DNA of 64,000 bases from Guillardia theta CCMP2712 (lineage: Eukaryota > Protista > Cryptophyta), in NCBI RefSeq assembly GCF_000315625.1, contig NW_005434661.1, positions 72,956-136,955 of the forward strand. Direction: 5' to 3'. Under the pieces are notes generated by a model. It made no database searches, was not told where the DNA came from, and was given only the letters and a program-made list of their open reading frames with translations. The translations under genes were made by a program, and so were the position numbers. Shown here in pieces: positions 1 to 12,638 of this stretch; position 1 is the stretch's first letter; every line of letters starts with the position of its first letter.

Positions 1-159
1 CTCCCCCTCCCTCCCTCCTCTCTGCTTCTCCCGCCATTTTTTCAAGTTTCAGTTATCCGTAGTGTGCTTTTAGCTCAACTTGCCTCCAGTACAACATCTC
101 ACTACATCATTGAAATAGTTAACTAAATTCTGTATATTTTAAATATTACTTCAGTGTAT

Positions 160-3100
160 CAGTTGGTTAGTTCCAGTACTGAATCTTGCGGGTGAAGGCC
201 CCAACCTCGGTTTTCAAATGATCTGAGATGCGCCGGCATTTCCGTCGGCTCCGACTGCCGCGACCATGACGAGCGCGGGGGAGGAGGAGGAGGAGGACGG
301 CGAGGAGAAGGAGGACGGGGAAGGGGAGGGGAGACAAAACCTGTGGGGTTCCGCCGAGGGAGCGAATCGACTCAGCAACTTCAATCGTTCGGAGAGAGTC
401 TTCTCCGAGCTCCCAGAAGTAGATGGAGTACGCCTGCGAGGAGTGAGAGGAGGGAAGCAATTGTGAGAGTGAAGTGACAAAGTCGATGAACACTGAGGAG
501 TAGGACGAGGAGGAGTAGAAGAGAAGGAGGACGAGGAGCAGGAAGACCTAGAGCAGGAAGACGAGAATGAGGAGATTGAGGAGTAGGAGTAGGAGTGCGG
601 CAAACAAACCTTCTCCATGAGTTGCAGGGCTCGCTGATTATCCTGCGCATAGGCGTACAGGAGTGAGACGGTAAATAGTGCTTCTCCTGTGGTTATGTGA
701 TCCGGGCCCATGGTCTCTTCCCGCAACGCCACGATCTGAGAAGAAGTATGAGAGGGGGAGAGAAGAGGATGTCAGGGAGAGAGAAGGAGGCGGAGGGAGG
801 AGGGAAGGAGGCGGAGGGAGGAGGGAAGGTAGGATCTCAGTGAGGAAGAGGAGGACAAAGTGAAGGGAGGGAAAGTTGTGAAGAGAGGAGGGGAGGGGAG
901 GGCGACAGAGAGTGATGAGGCTCATGACCTTAGTGAGAGTTTGCAGCCCATCCATCAACTGACTCTCTACGAGCTGCTCTGGTGGCTCGGCTCCTTCCTG
1001 CACCTGCAACGGACTCAGCAACCTGCCGCTCCTTGTCCTCCTTGTCCTCCCGCTCCTCCTCCTTCACTGCTACTACAGTCCTCTACCCTATCTGCTATTC
1101 CTCATCATGCTCCTCCTCTTGCCTTGCTGGGATCCAGCAGACCCCTGACGTGCTTCAACCAGATCTCCACCACCTACAACAGCAGCAGCTCAGCTTGCCG
1201 AGGAGCAAGAAGAGTGAGCGGGCGCTGAGAACGAGCAGAGAGGAGGACGAGCCAAGAGTGGGAGGGGGCGAAGAGGAAAGGGGGAGAGGGAAGAGCAAGC
1301 TACCTTGTCGCACATGGCAAGCGCACAGTCGATCCTCTTCTGCTCGGCAGGACGTCAGCTGCTATTCTTGTTGCCTTCGAGCTCGAGGAGGAGAGATGAT
1401 AAGGAAGACCATGAAAGGAGGAGAAGGTGGGGCAGAGCGGAGGCCGCGAGGAAGACGGTAAGGAGGAGGCGAGGAGGAGGAGATGGAGGAGGAGGTGGTG
1501 GTGGAGGAGGCGAGGAGGAGGAGATGGAGGAGGAGGAGGCGGAAGTGGAAGAGGAGAAGAACAGTGACCAGAAGCACAAGTGAAGGGAGTAGCAGTAGTG
1601 GGCATCATCTGTAGACTGCAGGAGGGGGAGGGAGGAGGAGGACGAACCTGGAGGTAGAAGACCGTGGCCAGGAAGTAGTACCCCCCCGCTGTCTCCATAT
1701 GCTCTGGTCCAACTTGCAGGGAGGAGAAGTAAACATCATTGGCAAGCTGTCGCAGCGCCTCGTCATGCTTCCCCTGCCAGTCCACGTGATGAGACAAGCC
1801 GGCGAGAGGGTTCGAGGAAGAGAGGAGAAGGAGGAGTGAAGTGAACAGATGAGGAAGCGTGAGGAGGACAAAAGGGATACGAAGTAAGAGCTGGAGCTGG
1901 AGCTGGAGCTGGAGCTGGAGCTGGAGGAGGAGGAGGAGGAGGAGGAGGAGGAGGAGGAGGAGGAGGAGGAGGAGGAGGAGGAGGAGGAGGACGAGACCGT
2001 AACGACCTCTCCNNNNNNNNNNNNNNNNNNNNNNNNNNNNNNNNNNNNNNNNNNNNNNNNNNNNNNNNNNNNNNNNNNNNNNNNNNNNNNNNNNNNNNNN
2101 NNNNNNNNNNNNNNNNNNNNNNNNNNNNNNNNNNNNNNNNNNNNNNNNNNNNNNNGGAGTAGGGGAGTTGGTGAGTCAGGGGAGTGACCTGAGAAGCATA
2201 TAGTTTGCCAAAGTTGCGATAGAGTTGAGACTTCGTTCTGTTGCTACAGTCCGGATTCTGCACAAAAACGTCACTGATAACCTCCTCCTTCTCCCCCCTC
2301 CTCTTCCTCCTCCTCGTTCCTCTCCCCACCACTCAACTCCACATGCTTTTTTTCTTCTACTTTCATTTCTGCCCTCTTCCTCCACCCTTGCTGCTGCTGT
2401 TGATCGGACCCCCTCCTCTTCCTTTACCTTGAGGATACTCCAGTTGGCGAGCGAGAGGTATTCCTCTGCTTGTTTGTGCCTGGTCAAGGGATGAGCAGCC
2501 GCAGGCAGGAGGAAAAGAGCAAAGATACAGCTAAGAGGAGGGGAAAGTGAGGAGGGGCAGGAAGAATAGGACAAGGAAGGTCCGAATGCAAGATGGGGGG
2601 AGATCAAGGGGAGAAAGGAGGTAAGCAGAGGAGAACGGGGAAGTGGAAAACTGGCTGGATGAGAGACCAAAAGAGTAAAAGAACATTATACCTTCCCAAT
2701 CCAAGATTTGCTTCTGCCAGTAAAAGGTAACAAGGAACCTAGCGAAACAATCAGCAAGGAATCTTGCGGAATGAAATTCTCCTCCTCACCAATTCGATTT
2801 TCCCTGACCCATAGATATCTAATGAGAACCGCAGAGCTTGAACTGCTCCGGGTATAGAAAGCTCAAAGTCTCCATGCACCAGATACTGCAAAGAAATCCA
2901 ACACTCAGCCCTCCAACCTACCTCCTCCCTCCTTTCCTTCCTCCCTCCTCTCCCTCCCTCCCTTCCTCACTTTCGTCGCTTCCATCCGGCAGAGTTCGAT
3001 GAGTGCCAGCTTGCTTTTACGCACGCTCGCTTCCTGCTTCTCTCTCTCCTCGACCGTGGGGAAGACGGAAGGAGGCTGCAGGCGGAGTCAGGCTGTCATG

Positions 3101-3426
3101 TCCTGCTGTCATGCCTAAGAAAGAGCTTCACCTGTCGAAGAGGAACCAACATCTGGGCAATCTTTGACTTGATTCCGTTCCTTGTGCAATGATGAGCTGC
3201 ATGGAATCGAACAGGGGATGGGAGGAGAGAGTGGGAGGAGAGGAGCAGGAGGTGAGGACTACCAATCGAGTTCCAGTGTCGTCCTGTCATAGTAGTAGTA
3301 TGGAACCCCGTAGAAGTAGACAATAATAGATGCTTGCTTCCCTGTGAGCTCACAGATGAACCTTTGTCCCTTGGCTACCGCAAGAGGGTTCAGCTTCTGA
3401 GATGGTGGAGGTCGAGTGGTCGCCAT
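160..3426 (-). CDS. ZMYND12: ZMYND12 / inner-arm dynein p38-like TPR protein (multi-exon, spans an assembly gap)
   Basis: Spliced reading: MATTRPPPSQKLNPLAVAKGQRFICELTGK...LDWNGIKSKIAQMLVPLRQ...QAEEYLSLANWSILK-NPDCSNRTKSQLYRNFGKLYASQ-GKHDEALRQLANDVYFSSLQVGPEHMETAGGYYFLATVFY. This matches ZMYND12 blocks (PLAVPKG, QAEEYL, LANDIYF, TSGGYFHLA). The 3' end is approximate. Confidence 0.88.
2013..2155. other. Assembly gap (N run) next to a (GAG)n microsatellite
   Basis: Run of N; long (GGA)n tract at about 1923-1990. Confidence 0.99.
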
Positions 3427-3910
3427 GATCCTGAAGTAGAGAAAGATGATCGTAAGTGTTGAGGAGCTCTGCAGTTATCTTCCACCACGCAGCACACCTC
3501 TGTCTCTACTTTGTTAGGCCTACAACTCAGCAACACTTGCAAGCTCCTCAGATCTTCAACTACTTGAAAGCAACTGTTAGATACCAGTACTATCGTTTCA
3601 CCCTTTCCAATGTCACCCCTGCATCCACCTGCACTCTCCTCCCTTTCTTTCTCGTCATCGTCCTCGTCCTCGTCCTCATCCTCGTCCTCGTCCTCCCTCC
3701 CCATCCTCTTTCCTCCCTTCCCCCATCCGTGCAACCCCAACGGCTCAAGCATGACGGGCTCGCCTCAGCTGTCGCCTCAGTGCTACTTGCGGTACGAGTG
3801 GGGATGAGGGTTTCCTTGTGCAATTGGTACGAGGGGGGAAGAGGGTTGGGCCGTTACGTAGGTTCCAGTACCAGAGATTTTACTCAAACGAGACAGCCTA
3901 AGAGGCGCCT

Positions 3911-4067
3911 CCTTTTTTTTTTTCTTGGTAGAAATTTCAGGGGGGCGGGGTCGAATTTTTTCGACATGTTCATCGAAATTTCCTGGGTAACGGCCGAAAT
4001 TTTCGGGTCAAACAGGGAAAATTTGGGTGGGGACGCAGAATTTCAGAGGGGCGGGGTCCAAAAGTTG
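3911..4067. promoter_or_regulatory. Phased A/T-tract array (21-22 bp period) with two GGGGCGGGGTC boxes in a divergent intergenic region
   Basis: GAAATTTC-type tracts start at 3931, 3953, 3975, 3996, 4017, 4038 and about 4060. AATTTCAG(G/A)GGGGCGGGGTC occurs at about 3933 and about 4039. Confidence 0.55.
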
Positions 4068-4484
4068 GGAGGGGAAGCTGCACGCCTCTGCGAACATGGC
4101 GGGCTGTGGAGGAGGAGAAGAACGGGACATGCTGGCGGCCATGGCGGGAAGACCCTAAGGACAGCAGAGCTGAAGAGTTGTAGAGACCAGCAGAGAGCAA
4201 GTTCCTTGTGCGCTGTTGTTTGTTGCCCCTTGCAAAGAAGTTCTGAGCTGTGATTTTGGAAGTTGTTGGGAAAGGAAGCAGGGTTGTGGGGTTGTGAGGA
4301 GAAGATAGGGTATACAATCGATCCTTGAGGCAAGTTGAGGAAGAGAGATACTTCTGATCCTTCTGGAACTTTTGCGCCTTCTCTTGGATCAGGTTTGGAC
4401 TCCAGTAGCCTCCCCATTACAGTTTGCATCGATTTGCCTCATACGCCAGCAGGAAATCTGCTACAGGCCGACTGAACCCCACCC

Positions 4485-6513
4485 ATGTCGAAGCCTGCAA
4501 CACAGAATATGAATGCTGATAGCGAATCTGAAAAGTCGACGCCTACGGATCCTTCCAAGAGTAGAAGTGGAAGGCTCAGGAACGTTCCAAATTTCGCTGC
4601 CATGGCAGCCGGCGTATCTGGGAAGGCGGAGGGCTCCCCGACAAAGACCCCATCTAAGACTTCTAGGAGTCCAACAAGAGGAGCTCAATCTTCTCCTGAG
4701 CATGATGGTCTAGACTTTACTGAGCCGATCAAGCCCAGGAGGCTGTACACAGATGACAGCAGCCGGAGGGAGGGCGACGAAGATACTGAAGACGAGGAGC
4801 CTCCTGTGGTGAAGAGGCAGCCGCCGAAAGAGGTTCCTTCCCCAGAGCAGCTGGAGTCTTTCAAGAATTTGCCAATGTGGGTCAAGAACCTTGAGTTCCT
4901 GACAGAGCCTCTTGAAGGAAGCAAATCCAGCTACATCCTCCGCAACAGCGAGCTGCTCCGTGCTTACTTCAGGACGCAGCAAGGGCAGATGTCCGAGCTG
5001 TTTGCTGTCTACGATAGACACCCTCCCAACACTGCGCTTGATCCCAAGTCTGGGACTCTTTACTTCATCAGGACAGAAGAGGGCCTGCAGGATAAAGCCA
5101 TCAGCCTCAAGAGCGTCGCATCTGGACCCACCAAGCACACCTGGAAAATGGCGTGGGGACGGTTCGAGATCCGCGAGCTTGCTCGCCTTACCTGACATGC
5201 TGTCGGCAGAAAGACGCACCTGAAGAAATGGGGGATCTTGTATAAATCATATCGCTGTCGGCACATGTACCAGCCCAAAAACAGCCCTCCACCTTACAGG
5301 ATGCAGGTACAAGTCAAGCCTTCACTGTCTTGTTTTTGCCTCTGATCAACTCGGTGTAGATTTACGTGCTGGAGGAGCACGATGTAGATATTTCAAGGGG
5401 TGACCGTTTGTGTCCTGGGTTGGCTCTCGTGCAGGTGAGACCTCGTTTGCGGATTCTTAACCTGTTTGACGATTTGCTGTAGATCTTGTCGCTGGAGCAC
5501 GCTCCGTTAAGACATCGGTTTGTGCACTTCCTGCCCAGTCTTCATAACATCTTGATGTAGGAACAAGCCCAAGAGAAAGTACGAAGAGGAGGAAGACGAG
5601 GAGATGTCCGACGAACCTATCTCTCCTCCTCCCTACGTTCTTTCCACGCCCCGTACCCCTTTCACCCCAAATAAGTACGCGGCGATCCCTCAGGATCTGG
5701 GGCGGGTGAGACTCTCAGTATGTCTATCAGAGGAGACCTCTTACAAGGGCTGCAGGGCATGTGCACTCCCCGGAAGGTAGCGCAGAGGCTGGACTTGGAC
5801 GTCGACAGGGACCCGCTTTCACTCTCAGCAGAGGCCCTCAGAGCTCTGGAGAAGCAGTCCTTGTTCCAGGACCTTCCCAACCCTCTCTCTAAGATCTCTC
5901 CCACCGATCACTACCAGGTGCTGCCAGCCCTTGGCCTCTTGCAAGTCGCCGGTGACCTTGTGGTTGGCAGAAGCGGGTCGTGCTGGAAACCAAGTTCAAC
6001 CAGCAGCTCGTTACTGCAAGCCTTCCTGACCAGGTCACTTCCTCGCTCTCCCCCGCCCCCTCAGCTGACTGTAGCATCAGGCAAAGCTCTTAAAACTGCA
6101 ATATGGGGAAATGTCCACGGTGAATTCACAGGCCTGCCGCCTCCCGTGTGCAGGATTGACTCTCCTCTGCAGGCTGTGCTTGCCGGTATCGTAACGGGCA
6201 AGCCCTGGGGTCTGCCGGATGTACGAGGAGTCTGTGCTGCAGTTGGGAGTGATGGTTTGACTAGATCGACATCTCGTGCTCCATCGGCCTCAGTGGGAAC
6301 TCTACCCCCTGCAGCGACCTGACGGCGCTAGGGTAAATGGCTACCTGCTTGCCAGCTGATCCGACTGACGTCAACTCTGACAGCTGGGCTCACTTGATCT
6401 CCTTGTGTGCGGCCCATGAGGAGCTGGCGAAGAGCAAAGTACAGCTCGTCCCTGCTGAACCGCTCAGGGTGAGAAATCGTCTCTTCCTCTCTACTGCTCT
6501 AGCTCCTCTTTCC

Positions 6514-6559
<46 letters not shown>

Positions 6560-6816
6560 CTTCTGCTCCTCATGTCGTGGCTGAGCTGCAGCAGGCCATT
6601 GCGAAGGTTACAGATCTAGGAGGAATGTCAGGTAACGTCAAAGTAGGGGCTTTGAGAGCAGCTGACAATCCTTCAGAGTCTTGTTCGAATGAGGCGGGCA
6701 CGCGCCAGGACGCCTTCGCTACTCCTCCAACGTCAGTGAAGCCGGTTACGAGCCTCAGCTTCGAGGACTCTGCCGGGGAGCCAGCGGAGAAGGTGGCGAA
6801 AGTATTGGAGCTGTGA
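4485..6816 (+). CDS. Multi-exon protein with disordered N- and C-termini and a possible divergent CG-1 (CAMTA-type) DNA-binding domain
   Basis: ORF 4485-5195 plus GT-AG spliced exons give YILRNSELL...HPPNTALDPKSGTLYFI...KHTWKMAWGRKTHLKKWGILYKSYRCRH...YRMQIYVLEE...LALVQILSL. Downstream ORFs 5720-6322 and 6337-6816 are on the same strand. Confidence 0.5.
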
Positions 6817-6826
6817 GGGGAGGAGG

Positions 6827-6871
<45 letters not shown>

Positions 6872-7209
6872 CAGCTCAAGATAAGACGTTAAAAAGTTGC
6901 CCGAATAAAATTCCCATTAGATTGACTGCAACGTTTCCTCCTCCTCCTCCTTCTTGCCCCCCCTTCCCTCCCTCCCTTCCGGACGCCTTCCCTCTCTCCC
7001 TCCCCCCCCCCCTCCAACACCCTTTCTCCCGCCTCCTCCCACTCAGTCTCCTCTGCCCGCCTCTCTCTCTCACACGCTCCTCTCCTTCACGCTCACACCG
7101 ACCACGACTAGACCCCTGCTCTGTGCATGTCATCACTCATGTTTGAGGTATGACCGGTGCTTTTGGGTCCCTTCGAAAGCAAGGACTGGGGGTAGGGTGG
7201 GAAAACAGC

Positions 7210-7926
7210 ATGTCGGGATATGGCAAAGAGGAGACAGCGAAGCTTCGCAGCAACGTGGAGGATCAGGTGAGTGGGGAGGAGAGAGACGAGGAGGAGGAGC
7301 CGGAAGAGGAGGAAGGGGAAGTAGGTAGGTGAAGGAGAAGGAAGAAGTATGAGAGAGAAGGAGGGACAAGGAGGAGGTATTGTTGGGAGGATCAGGCGAT
7401 CAGCTCGGTTGACATGTGATGGTTCGTTACAGCTTGCACGCCTGCTGCAGCAGCTTCAAGACTGCGAGGACCTGAAAGATGGTGCCATCTCCTCTCTCCT
7501 CGCCCCTCCTCCTCCTCCCTCCTCCTCCCTCCTTTCTCTCAGTCCTCATTGTCGCACAGATCTCGACGAGGACGAGTACGAATCGACAAAGCAGGACACT
7601 CTGAACCAGCTGAGGTAGATGAGCTGCCAGCCTACGAAGAAAGATCACGATGTCCTGCAGAGAATTCGAGCAGTCGCTGCAGAAGATGATCGCGGGGGAC
7701 ATCACTCTAGTCAACGACCTTGGGGGAATGAGATTGGCGATTCAAGGTTTGATTCAAGAAGGAGAGGAGGACAGGGAGAGGACAGGGACAGCACGAGATG
7801 AGATGGAGAATACGGATTGAGAGGACCAGGACCAGGACCAGGACCAGGACCAGGACCAGGACCAGGACCAGGACCAGGACCAGGACCAGGACCAGGACCA
7901 GGAGAAGGAGAAGGAGGAGCAAGAGA

Positions 7927-7994
<68 letters not shown>

Positions 7995-8562
7995 CAGGAG
8001 TTAGCAGGATCTCTTATGCTGTTGGTGTGCAGGGGCAGTCAGTCAGGCGTTTCGCACTCCCGAGGTCATCAAAATGTTTGCCAACAAGCAGCCAGCACAG
8101 CTTCGTCTGCGCCTGGAGCAGAAGTAGGAGGAGCAGGTACGACGACATCTTCCCTGCTGATCGCTCTCATGCAGGAAGGAAGACCTGAAGCTCAAGCGCA
8201 TCACCCAAGAGTCCTACATGGCACAAGTCGTGGAGATCCTGACGGCGCTAAAGAAGCTGGGAGAGGAGGTGGCTTGCTCCTACCTCCCGCCTCCTCTTCT
8301 CGCTGACCCTTTCGCAGCTCAACGCGGAGGAGGAGGAGTTCCTGAAGAAGAATATGTCCCAGCAGCTGGCGCAGTTCGAAGCTGCCTCCTCCGGTGACAC
8401 CTGACTCGTGCTCTGCGCTGCTCCTCCTGACACACACAACAAAAGACATCTCCGGCTCCAGCATACTCTCCACGGTACCTCCAGCTACTCTCTCTCTTTC
8501 TTGCTGCTCACCCTCTCTTTCTCCCACAGGCTGCCGGTCAAGTGCGAGCTGCCAAGAACTAA
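7210..8562 (+). CDS. LZIC: LZIC (leucine zipper and ICAT-homology domain protein), multi-exon
   Basis: Spliced reading: [110 protein letters not shown]...QVVEILTALKKLGE. This is collinear with LZIC. Confidence 0.93.
7823..8000 (+). repeat. Intronic compound microsatellite (GGACCA)n + (GGAGCA)n
   Basis: Perfect hexamer runs inside an LZIC intron. Confidence 0.95.
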
Positions 8563-8996
8563 CACAAGGAGCATGTCTTGTCTGAATGAAAGAAGTTTTT
8601 TCCTCTTCGCTCGTGCTTCCTTGTTTGATCCTTTTTCTTGTGCAATCCGGAGAGACTTTGAATATCTCAGTGCAAAGCAAGAACAGCAGGAGGCGAGCAC
8701 CAGAACAAGTAAGGGTAAATAGCTTCTAAAAGCGTGATGGAGCAGAGGAGAGAGCGGTAGGAGGGTACATGGAAACAGAGACGACAGCACCTTAGTTGGA
8801 TCGTTACATTAACAGCATTTGGGCAACGAATAAATGCAGCATACAACTCGCCCAGTGCAATCGAGTCCAGTCCAGCTCAGCCCAGGTAAGACAGGTTGAA
8901 TTCAAGTCAATACAACACAAGTCTAGCTCAGCCCAGTCCAGTCAAGATATGTGAATACTAGACAAGTCAAGTCCAGTCGAGTCATGACAAGACAAG

Positions 8997-11314
8997 TCAA
9001 GTCTTCTTTGCTTCTCGCCGGGGATCAAACCGTTTGAGGATCCGATAGAAGTCAAGGCCGAAGGGCTCTGATCCCTGGAGATGCTCGACGAGGGAGAGCA
9101 ACTTGGAGTTCAAGTCGTCGACCTCAGCGTCAGCCTCCTCCTTGCAGGTGTTCAGCCTCTCCACCTCGCTCAGCAGAAACTTGTTCTTGTCCTGGGCGTC
9201 AGCGAGCGACAACCTCAAGGCAGTGACGTTCTGATCTAGACTGATCAGCCTCGCCTGCTCTCTTCTGCTGGGCGAGCCCTGGGAGCTGTCCTTGAATGCG
9301 CGAAGTCTCCTTTCGAGCTCCACGTTGTGTCTCAGAGTGTTTGCTAAGAACAAGTGCCACCCATGAGACGTGCTCAATTCTTTGATCGCTTCTTTCACCT
9401 GGTTTTCTACTGCAGCAATCAGGTCACCTTCACCTCACCAGTCACAAACTCACCCGGCGTGCGCGTTCCTGCCATGCTTGCAAAACGCGAGGACTGACCG
9501 CTGGTATCTGGCAGGAGACTCACTGAGATGTTACTGAAGAGAGCTGCCAGCTCGTTGTCGATCTCCTTGGAACGTTTGAACTCGATCTCCTCGATGCCCT
9601 CGATCACAAACCTGATGGTCTTTGAAATCGTCGACATGGTAAGTTTCAGCCTCTCCTCCTCCTCCTCCTCCTCCTCCTCCTCCTCCTCCTCCTCCTCCTC
9701 CTCCGCCTTGACTGACAGTTTCAACGACGAAGCTGCAACAATAAACGCTTTTCCGATCTCCTCCTCGACCCCTTGCACGACTTCTTCAAGGGAGGACAAG
9801 GAATCGTCGAAGCTCTTGCTCACATGCCCCTCGTCGTACGCCGACCATTCCGACAGTTCACAGGGCACGGGAGAGTTTTCAATGACATCGGAGAAGGATC
9901 TGCTCTGAGACATAAGTTTCACCTTCAAGTTCTCGTTCTCACTCTCCATGGCAAAGATTCGAGCATACAGAACGAGCTGTTCATCGATATACTTGTCTAT
10001 GGCAGACTGCTTGTCCGCTAGCTCAATCTGCAGGCGCTCATATTTCGCTTCCAGACATTGCGCGGTTGAGATGTCCAGAACTTCCGTAAAGTCTCCATTC
10101 GAGCTTGACGCGTGATGTATCTTTGCATCTTGGATACGATCATCACACGCATCCAATGAAGGTGTGTTAGTCGGCATGTTTGTTGTTCTCATCTGAGCTG
10201 ATCGCACGGCACATTGTTCTAGATGTCCACCGTCATTGAACGGATTGCTGTCGACATCACCAGCTGCTTGGCTCACGTGCTGCGACAGAGCCAACACCTG
10301 AGAGCTCAGCTGGTCATTCTCTGATTGGAGCAGCGACATCGCAGCCTCCATCTGTTCGAGCTTCTGCTGTAGAGCCTTTTTCTCCTCGACCTGCTTGTCG
10401 CTTTGCAACACGAAATGCTTCTCCACGGCCATCAAAGTCCTGATAGTGTTCATCTGACTTCTAACAACCTCCGTTATGCTCTTCTCAGAGTCCTCAAAGA
10501 GACTGTCCAACACGTCCAATCTTTGAGATGCGTCGGCAATGTCCGCAGCAAGCAGCACATTGAGCTCTTGGAATGCCTGGAAGAACTCCAGGAGGTTGTC
10601 GCCGAGGAGCTTTATCCTCTCGCTTGAGATCATGTCTCTGATCTGTGCGAAGACAGTGTCCGAGTCGTTCTTTCTCAGCCTCGCGTTCTCAGCATTCAGG
10701 TAGGTGATCTCTGTTCTCAGCAACTCGATGTGCTCCCCGGCTGCCTGTTTGTCTTGCATGGCCTCATTAAGCAGAGCATGTAGGCTGTGGAGCTCACTGA
10801 TGAGCTCTGGCATTGCTCCTGCCACCTTCTGCCTCTGCGCCTGGTCATGCTCTAACCTTGTTTCAAGCTTGGCCAGCATTGCAGCGAGACGTCTGTTGTT
10901 GTTTCTTTCCTTTTCCAGGCACGTTTGAAGCTCAGCTTGTTGATGTTTAGCCAGCACACCCGAGCTTTTATCCCTCAAGACGTTCTGGTCCTCGAGTTTG
11001 CTCTCCAACCTCTCCACTACCTTGCTCCACTCTTCATTGCTGGCCAGACGCATTGACTCTGATTCATCCAGCTTACTTTTGAGCAGGCAGACATCCTGAA
11101 AGAGCTGTTGATTCAGCATTTCCGTGTTGGTTCGAGTCTTCTTCTGTTCCACCAACTCATCACAAGTTTGCATCAGCAACCGGCGCAGGTCCATACATTC
11201 CCGTTTCCACTCTACCATCTCAGAGCATAAGCTGCAGCAGAAGTCTCTTGAGTTTGCCGTGCTATCAGCCGACATTTGATCCTGATTGTCAACTTCTTTG
11301 GTTGCTGTCAACAT
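8997..11314 (-). CDS. Hypothetical long coiled-coil protein (poly-E tract; 5' end uncertain)
   Basis: 631-aa ORF plus 133-aa ORF joined by a short intron near 9400-9435; rich in E/Q/L/K heptads. Confidence 0.7.
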
Positions 11315-11939
11315 AATTTGTTCGCACTATATGAAGCTCCTGTCCTCCGTTACCACAACCGTCTGATCATTGAGACCGATCAATCCCGGCCATGCGCATA
11401 ATCAGTTCCGCACTGACCTCTCTTCTTTCACCACCAACACATCCGCCTTGCAGTGGCTCCTCCCGACTCTCAAGTCTTCTTTGCCAGTCCGTGACTTGCT
11501 TGCCTCGTTTGAACCAGCACTGACTCTCAGTACTGTTTCTGCTGCCGCAGTTTGCTCCTTGGTGTCTGCCCCCTCGTTCAACTCCTTTACTCAGTCCCTG
11601 TCATTTCACTCTCCTTCTCTAGAGGCACCTTCCGACTACCTACTTCTTCTTCCAACTCTGCTGCTCCTGCTGCCGCTCCTCCTCCTCCTGCTCCTCCTCC
11701 TGCTCCTGCTTCTCCGACTCAAGTCTAGAGTGTGATCGCCTGCCCTTCCCTGGACTCGCCCTCGAACAACTTGTCCTCTACCCACCCCCTCCGGACCGTG
11801 ACCCTCAACAGGGCCCCTCCAAGTAGCTCCTACTACCCACCCTCCCCCTGCCAATATGGTACGGTACCCCATAACATCAGTCAAAGTTGACAGAATATCG
11901 ACGGGGTCCTCTGGCCGTCGGACCCCCACCCTGTCCGGA

Positions 11940-12340
11940 AGTTCACCGCGGGACGGTCGCCGCTCTTGGGTCCCGGTTCGTGACTGCGGCCCTACACGCA
12001 CTGTGGTCAGCCCCCGGCCCGGCAGTCGGAGGTCATCGTTACCGGGCCGGCGGCCATGGACTCAGGCTCGGACCGTCGGGCAGCCGGGCTCAATGCGCGG
12101 AAGTTTACTCACTCGGAATTAAGTTAAAAACTACTCAGTCACTAGTACCGCCGACTCGGAACGAGTCAACCGTAGTGAGTGACGCCGGCCCCGGTGATTC
12201 AACTTTGTAAACTGGCAAGTGACTCAGCCTGCCGGGCCATACTCTCAGGCTGACCGTACGGTACGGTCACTACTCAATGACGGCGGGCCGCGGGCCGCGG
12301 GCCGCGGCGCCGGCCCGGGCGCGCACCGTACGGTCAACTT
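11940..12340. promoter_or_regulatory. GC-rich, short-palindrome-rich intergenic island between divergent genes
   Basis: Dense GGCC/CCGG/CGCG/CCGTACGG/ACTC words. Similar islands occur at about 14570-14660, 22900-22970, 31410-31760, 38880-38930, 42030-42350, 46120-46540, 58070-58560 and 62760-63200. Confidence 0.5.
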
Positions 12341-12638
12341 GAACTTGGCAAGGCTTCCGTTACCCTTTGGGTCGATGATCGGTTACGCCTAAAGGTCTGC
12401 ATTCCCCTCGGCATCCCTGGATGGGCGGCCAATGGGAGGTGGTGGAAACGGAGGAGGTGGTGAGCAGCTGAGGACTCGCCTCTGACCACGTAAATGGCTG
12501 CCCTCAAGTCTGATTGATACCCTCGATATCGTCTCTTCTCAGCTTCTTTCCTATCCATCTGCACTCCAAGGGCACTAGCTGACCTTGGTTTCCTCCGATT
12601 TGATCGAGCTTTGACCCGAGGAAGCAAGGGTACACATC

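Noticed and set aside
3456-4253. 265-aa ORF upstream of ZMYND12
   Set aside because: It has a non-ATG start, runs through a (TCGTCC)n repeat, a T-run and the phased A-tract array, and is not protein-like.
6512-6560. (CCATGC)n encoding a His-Ala metal-binding repeat
   Set aside because: It sits in a pyrimidine-rich, probably intronic stretch, like the other microsatellites here.
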